NCBI RefSeq assembly: GCF_004010195.1 | Contig: NC_057752.1 | Span: 11,874,191-11,906,591, forward strand | Source of the DNA: Chiloscyllium plagiosum | Lineage: Eukaryota | Direction: 5' to 3' | Length of the DNA stretch: 32,401 nucleotides | Part shown: positions 23,301-32,196 of the stretch, piece after piece | Position numbering within the stretch: position 1 is the stretch's first letter | How the letters are laid out: each line of letters opens with the position of its first letter | Translations under genes and position numbers: made by a program | The notes under the pieces: model-generated | What the model was told of the DNA's origin: nothing | Seen by the model: the letters and a program-made list of their open reading frames with translations, nothing else | Databases searched by the model: none

Positions 23301-24016
23301 CCTTCAATAACACCTTTGTAGAATAAACTACTTTTCATTACCAACAGAGTGTAATGATAAAATGCAAGAAAAACACAAATCTTAAATAAAATCAACCACT
23401 TAGCTGATTAATTAAACTAAAATGACTCCACTTCAATAAATTTCTCAAAAGAAAGAAATTTTCTCCCAAACCAACCACACGTAAGACTCGCCAAAACGAA
23501 AGCAGTCATGAAAACAATAAGCAGTGCTTAAAAAAAAAATGCTCTTGCAATGTTTTAAAACAAAAACTCCCTTTAAAATGTGTATAATTTTTTTAACCTT
23601 TAATTTAGAATGGAAAAAAAAATTCAGCTGTTCGCTGAAGGCCTTCGAAAAGCTCTTTTTTAAAAAAAGTTCAATTAAAAGCAAAATCACAAATTCTTGC
23701 AATGTAAAAAAAAACCCTTTAATGCATGTAGTCTTTTTTAAACTTTTAAATTTAGGACAAAAAGAAACTTCCATTCATTGTAGGCCCATAAAGAGTTTGT
23801 GAGTTTGTTTTAAAAAAAAAAAGTCTGTTTGGAGAGAAGAAAAAGTGCATTTTTTTGTTTGGTTTTTTTTCAAACGTCAGTGAAACAAAATGAATAGAAA
23901 TCTTATTAGTAAACTATAATAACAATAATAAATCTTCTAAGCCTGCAATCCCAGGAGCAGTTGCAAGATCCATGCTGCGCCCAGCTTATGTCTTGTATGT
24001 AATGTATACTGCCATT

Positions 24017-24310
24017 ATGCTATTACATCCTTTATAATAGACTTCAACATTTTCCTAATAACACAGATGTTAAGCTAACTGGCCCATTGTTACCTTTTCA
24101 TTTGTCTCCATCCTCTTTTTAAATAAGGGTGTTACATTAGCAGTTTTCCAAACTTGGGGGACTTTTTACAGAATCTAAGGATTCTTGGAAGATTACTACC
24201 AATGTGTTCACTTCCTTTAATATCCTAGGGTGCATCCCATCAGGTATAGGGGACTTATCAACCTTTAACCTCATTAGTTTCGTGCTAACTTTTTTTCTCT
24301 AGTGATAGTT
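24017..24310 (-). mobile_element. CR1 ORF2 pre-RT fragment (continuation of 20680-21066)
   Basis: CAGATGTTAAGCTAACTGGCC (reverse of -PVSLTSV); TGCATCCCATCAGG (reverse of PDGMH). Confidence 0.75.
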
Positions 24311-24544
24311 ATTCTCAAATGAAAGTACCTCCTCCACTCTTGAGCAGCATGTTCTGCAGTTAATTAATTGGTGCCTGAGGTAAAAAAAAATCCCAAAACT
24401 ACAACAGTAAATCTCATTTGAGTCAGATGGCAGTGTGCTAATGCCACTTACAATGGATTAAGTTCCTTTACAACTATTTATATATGTTTATTGAAAAAAT
24501 ATCCTGTGATCCTGCTCAGTGTAAAAGTTTGTCTAAAACGGCTG

Positions 24545-24925
24545 AGCCTAAGGATGAAGTATTGGCATGAGTGAATAAGAGCTTGGTAGAAAGGCTAGGT
24601 TTTGAAGACAGCAAAGTGGAGATGCAGAATGGATTTGTGAGGGAATTCTAGGATGTAGTGTTTATTTAACTGAAGATCTGGCTGTCGTTCAGTGGGATGG
24701 AGATGCACAGGGAGGTGGAGAGTTTGAGGCAGCAGGACAGGACAGTTCCATAGGAGGTCACAGAGGGAGCAGGCAGTGCTCCCTTTGGAGGAAGAGGATG
24801 TTTGAGGCAATGTCAAAGGCTGTAGAGAAGTAAAGATGGAAAATGAGCAATGTTATTTACAGCAGAAAAGATGCATATGGACTTGACAGAAACACTTTGA
24901 AGAACTTTGGAGAGGTAAGAGAGGC
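24545..24925 (-). mobile_element. Old L2-like fragment
   Basis: Purine-rich sequence reverse-complementary in character to the L2 3' regions at 6.2-6.5 and 14.1-14.4 kb. Confidence 0.4.
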
Positions 24926-24927
24926 TA

Positions 24928-25160
24928 AACAGGCTTGGTGGTTAGCACTGTTGCCTCACGGCACTAGAGATCCAGGTTCAATTCCAGTCTTGGGTGACCA
25001 TCTGTGTGGAGTTTGCACATTCTCCCCATGTCTACATGGGTTTCTTCCCAGTGCTCTCAATTCCTCCCATAGTCCATAGATGTGCAGGCTAGGTGGGTTA
25101 GCTATGGGGAATATGGGCTTACAGTTAGAACATAACCTTGGTCTGGGTGTGATGCCCTTC
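24928..25160 (+). mobile_element. HE1-type V-SINE, older and 3'-truncated
   Basis: GTGGTTAGCACTGTTGCCTCAC...GGTTCAATTCC...TGTGTGGAGTTTGCACATTCTCCCC, as in 29435-29754. Confidence 0.88.
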
Positions 25161-25732
25161 CGCATCTCCTCCACTTGCTGCTCCTCTGACCTTGAGACTC
25201 ACCCCTCCAATGGAAAGGGAACAGCATCCCCCTGGTCCTCACCTTCCACCCCACCAATCTCTACATACATCACATCATCTTCCACCACCTGCAAACAGAC
25301 ATGCAGGTCATGGGCCTCCTCCATCGCCTAACCCTTACCATGCCTGGAGGAAAAATGCCTCATTCCAGCTTGGGAGCCTGCAACCACAGGGGATGAAAGT
25401 GGATTTCACCAGTTTCTTCATTTCCCCCCCCCCCGCCCCTCCCATCCCAGTCCCAAGCCTCCAACTTGGCACCACTCTCATAGCTGTCTGACTCCCTTTC
25501 TCTTTCTGTTCCTTTCCTTTCCTCCCGCACCTTCATTTACCTATCATATTCCCAGCTACGTCCCCCAACTCCCCTCCCATTTATCTCTCAGCCCACAAGC
25601 CTCATTCCTGATGAAGGACTTACGCCCGAAGTGTTGACTCTCCTCCTTCTCAGATCCTGCCTGACCCGGTGTACTTTTCCAGCACCACACTCTCGACTCT
25701 GCTCTCCAGCATCTGCGGTCCTCACTTTCTCC
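25161..25732 (+). mobile_element. Penelope-like element 3' remnant (GIY-YIG endonuclease C-terminus plus terminal repeat)
   Basis: PLVLTFHPTNL and LEEKCLI/QLGSLQPQGMKVDFTSF remnants; terminal repeat with CTGATGA core ending CTCCAGCATCTGCGGTCCTCACTTTCTCC. Confidence 0.8.
25608..25638 (+). ncRNA. Degenerate hammerhead-ribozyme core within the PLE terminal repeat (probably inactive)
   Basis: CUGAUGA-A-GGAC-UUAC-GCCC-GAAG-UGUU: first conserved box intact, stem II has one mismatch, GAAA is GAAG. Confidence 0.6.
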
Positions 25733-25907
25733 GAAAGGAAAATGAATGCAAGATGGAATTACTGTGTGACAGGAAGGGGAGGAGACAGGTTTAAAATAGA
25801 AGGTTCAGGTCAAGTGGAGCAGCCAAAAGAGGCACTGACTGATAAAATTCTGTTTTTTGCATTTCGGTTGGTTTCTATTGATTTGAGTTTTTTTTTAATT
25901 TTCAAAG

Positions 25908-26014
25908 CCAAATGCTGGTGCTGCCCCCATTCCAAGGTGAAGGACATGGTGCACAGCTGTTGGAGACAGTCCAGAAGTTTTACACAAGGGACCCTGCTGT
26001 ACTGGACATTACTG
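25908..26014 (+). CDS. HAT1: HAT1-family exon 8 (107 nt): QMLVLPPFQGEGHGAQLLETVQKFYTRDPAVLDIT(A)
   Basis: T-tract + ttcaaag| acceptor and |gttagt donor; GNAT motif A Q-x-x-G-x-G (acetyl-CoA binding) intact. Confidence 0.97.
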
Positions 26015-26119
26015 GTTAGTGCCTTCATTGAAACCTGTTCAGCAGCCTTTTTTTTTTGAAAGCAAAATGAAGTGTACGGTGTTGAGGATATTCAAATTTA
26101 GACCACTTGAAAATATCAT

Positions 26120-26810
26120 GTTCAGAGGACTCCTTGCCCTTTTTCTTGCACAAAAAACATGTTAGCTGGAATTTCTAGCCTCACATAGCCATGGAGGCAT
26201 GGTATGAGGAAGTGGGTTTGAAGACTTGTTGTGAACCATCTGCTCTTGCTGATCAGCCTTTGTAAGCAGTGTTCTTGGCCAGAATCAGTTGCTGTAGTTT
26301 GTGCCAAGCCTTGGTGGGTTGCTGCAGTATATGGTTATACACTGCTGCTGCTCTACATTGGCAATGGATAGAGTAAATTATTAAGGTGGTGAATGTGTCA
26401 ATCAAGCGGGCTGCTTTGTCCTGGATGGTGTCAAGCTTCTTGAGTGTTATTGGAGCTGAACTCATCCAGGCAAGTGGGGAATATTCCATCACACTCCTGA
26501 TTTGTGTCTTGGACAGGCTTTAGGGAGTCAGGAGAGAAGTTACTCTGCGGGATTCCTAGCATCAGACCTACTGTTGTAGGCACAGCATTTATATAGCTCA
26601 TCTACTTCAGTTTCTGGTCAATAGTAACTCCCAGGATGTGGATAGTGGAGGATTCAGAGATGGCAATGTCATTGAAGGTCAAGGGGGGAATGCTTAGATT
26701 CTTTCTTGTTGGAGATCATTGCCTGGTATTTGTGTAGTACTGATGTCATTTGGCATTTATCAAGCTTCAAGGTTATTAAGGTTTTGCTGCATGTGGGCAT
26801 GGATTACCTC
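26120..26810 (-). mobile_element. 3' part of a CR1/Jockey-group LINE (probably the same family as 12340-16390)
   Basis: ORF 26253-26492 MEYSPLAWMSSAPITLKKLDTIQDKAARLI; upstream HILGVTIDQKLK remnant. Confidence 0.8.
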
Positions 26811-27027
26811 ATTGAATATTTTGGGAAACTGTACACTGCAATCATGATTTGCTAATGTAGCAGCAAGTATAGAGACATTCAGTTGTTTTAAACAACAAAT
26901 GGTACATAATCCTGGGCAAGGAATTCTGCAGTGGAATTTGTTGGGTTGAATGACCTATCATTTAAGCTTGCAGTAATTTCTGTTCAAAATCCTGCATTTT
27001 TTAAGGGCGTTTGTTTTGGAATTTCAG

Positions 27028-27179
27028 CTGAAGAGCCATCCGAGGATTTTGTGAAATTACGAGATTTTATTCTCGCCAAACTGTGCCAGGATCTCCAAGC
27101 CTTTGCACCTGAAAAACTCAAGAAAGGATTCAGTGCTGAAATGATAGAAGAGGCCCGACGAACCTGGAAGATAAATAAG
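27028..27179 (+). CDS. HAT1: HAT1-family exon 9 (152 nt): (A)EEPSEDFVKLRDFILAKLCQDLQAFAPEKLKKGFSAEMIEEARRTWKINK
   Basis: atttcag| acceptor and |gtaatg donor; E-PS--F-KLRD motif; lies within ORF 26931-27299. Confidence 0.96.
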
Positions 27180-27234
27180 GTAATGGTTGTCTGGAACGTT
27201 TTACAGACTGCATTCTGGACTTCAGGCTCCATCA

Positions 27235-27555
27235 GACGTACTGAATCACACACCTTCATGGCCTGTGTGGGCTCTAATGTAGTCACCTACACACTTTGAG
27301 GTGCTATCTTTCAGATGAGAGGTTAACCTGAGACCTCATCTGCCCCTCACGTGGGTGCTTTAAAAAAAAATTGCACAGTCCTATTTGGAAGAAGACCAGG
27401 GAGGCCTTCCCAGTGACCTTACCGATATTTCAAAAAGCCACAAAAATAGATTCCCTGCATTACAACAGTAACTGCATATCAGAAAGTACTTCATGACAGT
27501 AAAGCATTTAGAGATCTCCAAACAATGTGAAGGACACTAGTCTTATCTTTCTTTT
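27235..27555 (+). mobile_element. Deu-domain SINE with internal deletion
   Basis: GAGGTGCTATCTTTCAGATGAGAGGTTAACCTGAG...CTATTTGGAAGAAG...CATTACAACAGT...AAAGTACTTCAT. Confidence 0.65.
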
Positions 27556-27697
27556 AACAGTTCCATAAACACCCGTTTCAGCCCTTGTGCTCCCCTTTCC
27601 TACACATCCAACTTTCTATCCAGCTATGTTTCCTCTTGTATAATATGCTGTAGTATTCCTCTTGTAAGACATCTTTTTGACAGTATTCTGAGAATCC

Positions 27698-27998
27698 ACA
27701 TAGAACATAGAACAGTACAGCACAGAACAGGCCCTTCATCCCATGGTGTTGTGCCGACCACTGATCCTCAAGTATGCACCCTCAAATTTCTGTGACCATA
27801 TGCATGTCCAGGAGTCTCTTAAATGTCCCCAATGACCCTGCCTCCATAACTGCTGCTGGCAACACATTCCATGCTCTCACAACTCTCTGTGCAAAGAACC
27901 CTCCTCTGACATCCCCTCTATTCTTTCCTCCAACCAGCTTAAGACTATGACCCCTCGTGTTAGTCATTTCTGCCCTGGGAAATAGTCTCTGGCTATCA
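27698..27998 (-). mobile_element. CR1 LINE 3' end, relatively young
   Basis: ORF 27782-28027 LFPRAEMTNTRGHSLKL...FFAQRVVRAWNVLP...FKRLLD; (ACATAGA)2 tail. Confidence 0.9.
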
Positions 27999-29136
27999 TG
28001 CTTTACATCTGCTGATGTCTTTGTCAATATCCTTGAGAGAACCTGAGGGACAAGGCAAGCTTGAAGAGCCAGCTGATGTTTTCAGAGTCATGTTTGTGTA
28101 TGACAACAAAATCTTAAGAGTATAGATACAAGGAGTCCAGTCTGAACATAATCCGTTACTTCTTTGGTTAAATATGGCATAACTTTAAGATATCTGCATT
28201 GAGTGGCAGCCTTCGTGTCCTGTGCATGTTTTAGATGTTTTCTAATCAGTTTGTTTAGAGCTGTTATTAATCGCCTCTGGAGCAGGTGGGATATTCCTAC
28301 TGCCCCACAAGAGCCCACTCTGATGCATGGTTTATTGTTTCACGAAAGCTGCTATTCCAATTTAGCTGGTTAATTTGCTATAAAGCTGACCTGTCAGTTA
28401 CACCCTCAGCCATGTTGTTCCTCTATGTTAGTTAGAACGTGACTCGAGCAAAAATTATTTTCAACAGACCATTGAGCCACATTGTAGGAAATCGAGGTGG
28501 ATTCAGGGAACACAGAAACCTTTGCAACATTATCTTCAGCCTTCAACAAATACAAAAGAAATATCACAATCGACAAATGAGACTCTACTGTGCTTTTGTT
28601 GACCTGAAAAAGGCTTTTGACAGATAGAGGCCCTGTCGAAATTCTTAGCCAGACTTGACTGTTCTTGTCAAGACACAGCAGTTTCACGATGGAATGATAG
28701 CCAGATCACTGACTGATTGCACTGATTCTTCTGAGGTGACATGGTATGAGGTACAGTCCCTGTATCCTTCAGGATGTTCTTTACTGCCATGCTTTCTGGA
28801 TCATTTCATGGGAATGTTGATGAAGTGTCCATCCCACCCAGAACAGACAGCCTTCTGACATAACTGAAATCTTCAACTAAGGTATGAGAGATGATGACTG
28901 GAGAATTGCTGTATGCTGGTGACTGTACCTTCATGTCTCACTGAGAGTATGACCTTCGAAGGAGCATGGGCTGTTTTTCAAAAGAAGCTGATGACTATGG
29001 GCTTATCATCAACTTAAGGAATTCTGCTTCCCACCAACTATCGATGATGACAGTCCTGAAGGCTGTAGCTGACTTCACCTATCTCAGAAGCGCAATTCCC
29101 AGAAATGTGAGCCTTGACAGGGAGTTGGTAAATAGA

Positions 29137-29272
29137 CATGATTTGGAGGAGCTGGTGTTGAACTCGGGTAGACAATAATCACACACCACCAGGTTATAGT
29201 CCCAGCAGGTTTATTTGGAGGCACTAGTTTTCGAAGCTAGTTGTGGTGTTGTCTGACTTTTAACTTTGTCAA
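29137..29272. mobile_element. Short fold-back PLE-type element with 11-bp target-site duplication
   Basis: TGGTAAATAGA at 29126-29136 and 29273-29283; internal quasi-palindrome ACTAGTTTTCGAAGCTAGT. Confidence 0.72.
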
Positions 29273-29434
29273 TGGTAAATAGAATTACACAAGACATTGT
29301 GGATGAAACACAGCATCCGACTTGCATAAAACTTGCATAATACTGAGCCTTCTGTATGTCTGCGACATGGCCTTCAACTCTGGATATATTAAGCAGTTGT
29401 ACAGGTTCTACATGAGATGCATTCAGAACATCAT

Positions 29435-29754
29435 GGGCGGCACGGTGGCACAGTGGTTAGCACTGCTGCCTCACAGTGCCAGAGACCCGGGTTCAATTCC
29501 CGCCTCAGGCGACCGACTGTGTGGAGTTTGCACATTCTCCCCGTGTCTGCGTGGGTTTCCTCCGGGTGCTCCGGTTTCCTCCCACACTCCAAAAATGTGC
29601 AGGTTAGGTGAATTGGCCACGTTAAATTGCCTGTAGTGTTAGGTGCAGGGGTAAATGTAGGAGAATGGGTCTGGGTGGGTGCGCTTCGGCGGGTCGGTGT
29701 GGACTTGTTGGGCCGAAGGGCCTGTTTCCACACTGTAAGTAATCTAATCTAATC
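29435..29754 (+). mobile_element. Full-length young HE1-type V-SINE
   Basis: Pol III A box TGGCACAGTGG, B box GGTTCAATTCC, CR1-like tail GGGCCGAAGGGCCTGTTTCCACACTGTA, (TAATC)n end; TSD ATCATGGG at 29430-29437 and 29752-29759. Confidence 0.95.
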
Positions 29755-29871
29755 ATGGGTATCTCACGATAGGAAAAAGTGCCCAACACTGATGTACTTC
29801 CAAGAGAGGAAACATCTGGAATTAAACAGTCACCATTATCAGAGACTAGGTCAGATGAAGTAGATATGCAC

Positions 29872-30083
29872 TGGGCAACTGTCTGCGTGGAGTTTGCACA
29901 TTCTCCCCGTGTCTGCGTGGGTTTCCTCCGGGTGCTTTGGTTTTCTCCCACAGTCCAAAAGATCTGCAGGTTAGGTAAATTGCCCATAGTGTTAGGTGTA
30001 GGGGAATGGGTTGCTCTTCGGAGGGTCGGTGTGGACTTGTTGGGCTGAAGGGCCTTTTTCCACACTGTAGGGAATCTATCTAA
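29872..30083 (+). mobile_element. 5'-truncated HE1-type SINE
   Basis: Matches 29507-29750 with a small internal deletion. Confidence 0.9.
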
Positions 30084-30748
30084 GCTAATAATCCCAAAGG
30101 TGGTCATCGCTTAAACTTAGACTGCCTGTGAGGTAGGCCAAAATGAAGGTTCAAAGACTCTTCAAAGGTGAATCTCAGGGAATGTGATATGTCTGTCACT
30201 GAATGGGAGAAAAGTGCACAAGAAAGAACCACCTGGGGAGTGAGCTTAAGTAGCAGCCTTGCTTCCTTCAAACAGTGAGCTATATAGGCAGCTAAGTACA
30301 AAAGATTAGACATTGCCACCAGTATCAGGCTGTTCATCTGTGCCCACACACTGGAAAGCTGGGATAGTCTGCATTCAGCCTCCACAGTTAGAATAGAACG
30401 CACAGCAGGTTGTAGACCAATTATACACAGTTTGATAGGTGAAAATCTGGTAGATGGAATATAATGTGGGAAAATGTAAAATTCACTTTTGCAGAATGAC
30501 TGCAGAAGGATCTCTGTTCCAGTGCATACGTCACACAGGTAAAGAATGTAATAAAGCAGGCTAATGGAGTACTGTCTTTTATTACGAGAGGAGTTGAACA
30601 TGAAAGTTAGGAGATTCTGTGCTTCTGTTATTCAGAACATTGGTGAGACCACATCATGAATATTCTGTGCAGTTTTGGTCTCCTTATTTAAGGAAGGATG
30701 TAAATGCAGGCAATTCAGAGGAGGATTACTAGATTAATACTTGGAATA

Positions 30749-31077
30749 GATTAGATTTTTAGATTTTTTGAATTAGATTACCTACAGTGTGGAAACAGGC
30801 CCTTCGGCCCAACAAGTCCACACCGACCCGCCGAAGCGTAACCCACCCAGACCCATTCTCCTACATTTACCCCTTACCTAACACTACGGGCAATTTAGCA
30901 TGGCCAATTCACCTAACCTGCACATTTATGGATTTTGGGAGGAAACCGGAGCACCCGGAGGAAACCCACGCAGTCACGGGGAGAATGTGCAAACTCCACA
31001 CAGTCAGTCGCCTGAGGCGGGAATTGAACCCGGGTCTCTGGCGCTGTGAGGCTGCAGTGCTAACCACCGTGCCGCCC
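30749..31077 (-). mobile_element. Full-length young HE1-type V-SINE, antisense
   Basis: Near-identical reverse complement of 29435-29754, with a short deletion in the A-box region. Confidence 0.95.
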
Positions 31078-31084
31078 AGAATAC

Positions 31085-31625
31085 TTGAGTCTTAGATGCC
31101 ATCTTGACCCTTAAGAAGTACTATCAATGCTGTGAGAGATTCACATTTTCGGCATCAGCTGGGAAGGACAGGCGTTCGAACGTCAGCATCCTTGAAGTAG
31201 CCAGTAACGCCAGTATCGTGGCCATGAACATCTTAAAACCAACTCCACTGCACTGGCCACATATGCTTAGGATGCGTTAGTTCCAATGATCAAAGCGAAT
31301 CTTCTTTCACCCAGCTCAAGGAAGGTACTCAATTGAGAAGAAGACAAAGGAGGTGTTTCAAAGACTCCTTGGAGCCTTCCCACTAGAATTGCAATATAGA
31401 CATCAATGCCTAGGAAATCTTCGTTTCCGAGAAACTGACTGGGAAACCCTCTATAAGAGGACTCAATTCTTTGAGGACACCCGTTGGTAAGAGGAAGTAT
31501 GGAAAAGGAATGCCAGCAGTCTCAAGGCCAAGGACCACTTCCACCTCCCACAAGCACCTATCAGTGTGTGGTCAGATGCAGCCCCAAGATTGGGCTCATC
31601 GGTCACACAAAGACCCACCGAACCC
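31085..31625 (+). mobile_element. Second RTE-clade LINE 3' fragment
   Basis: GISW-DRRSNVSILE, RQRRCFKDSL, NCNIDINA, and C-terminal C--CG...IGLIGH remnants. Confidence 0.75.
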
Positions 31626-31977
31626 ATTACCAGCGACACAGAATTTCCTAGGTAGTCAATCATACAATGGAATCAGGAAAACTTGGCCAAACTAGACATT
31701 TTTTTCATGCAGTTCAGAAGAGTAAGGGTGACTTGATTATGAATACAAAATCCTGAACGGTCTTGACATGGTGAATGTGAAAAGAGTATTTCCTCTTGTG
31801 GATAAGACCAGAACTAGGGGTGCCGTTTTTACACTAGGGTTGTCCTTTTAGGATGCAGATCAGGATAATGTTTTTTTTGAGAATTGTGCAGCGTTGGTAC
31901 CTTCTGCCTCACAAGATGATCAAAATGAAGCCAGTGGATATTTTAAAAAATTGGACAAAAGAAGCATGAGTGGGTGG

Positions 31978-32161
31978 CTCGCTCTCTCTCCCCCTCCGGG
32001 CGCGTGCTCTCTCTCTCCGCGTGCTCTCTCTCTCTCTCCGCGTACTCTCTCTCTCTCTCTCCCCCCCCACGCTCTCTCCGGGCGCGCTCTCTCTCTCTCT
32101 CCGGGCGCGCGCTCTCTCTCTCTCTCCGGGCGCGCGCTCTCTCTCTCTCTCTCCGGGCGCA

Positions 32162-32196
<35 letters not shown>

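Larger units (their letters stand above)
28420..30390 (+). mobile_element. RTE-clade LINE, decayed, hosting three nested insertions
   Basis: GFR...IFSLQQIQKK...LYCAFVDLKKAFD; QQFHDGM; ELLYAGDC; FTYLRSAI; RFYMRCIQNIMG|I...KVPNTDVL; RFKDSSKVNLRECD. Confidence 0.85.
30405..31975 (+). mobile_element. CR1 LINE fragment in two pieces (~30405-30748 and ~31690-31975) separated by SINE and RTE sequence
   Basis: LVRPHHEYSVQFWSPYLRKDV before the gap; YKILNGLD...VFPLVDKTRTRG after it. Confidence 0.75.

Noticed and set aside
23445..23802. Overlapping K/F-rich ORFs on both strands
   Set aside because: Low-complexity products of A/T tracts with no recognisable domain or splice support
2881..27179. HAT1 pseudogene interpretation
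   Set aside because: No stops or frameshifts over 935 nt, all splice sites canonical, key motifs retained
27541..27620. Strong acceptor-like site (tctttcttttaacag) as HAT1 exon 10
   Set aside because: Downstream sequence does not encode the expected ARRVYEILRL-like peptide; the pyrimidine tract is a SINE tail
29435..29510. tRNA gene
   Set aside because: tRNA-like A/B boxes are the head of an HE1 SINE and continue into the SINE body and tail
28420..30390. Recent horizontal transfer of a BovB-like RTE
   Set aside because: The copy is heavily decayed with nested insertions; nothing in the sequence alone supports transfer
29322..31095. Several 60-160 aa ORFs (e.g. MWKQALRPNKSTPTRR...)
   Set aside because: Recurrent translations of SINE copies and decayed RTE/CR1 sequence
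31920..32162. 80-aa R/E-rich ORF on the minus strand
   Set aside because: Translation of the (GA)n minisatellite
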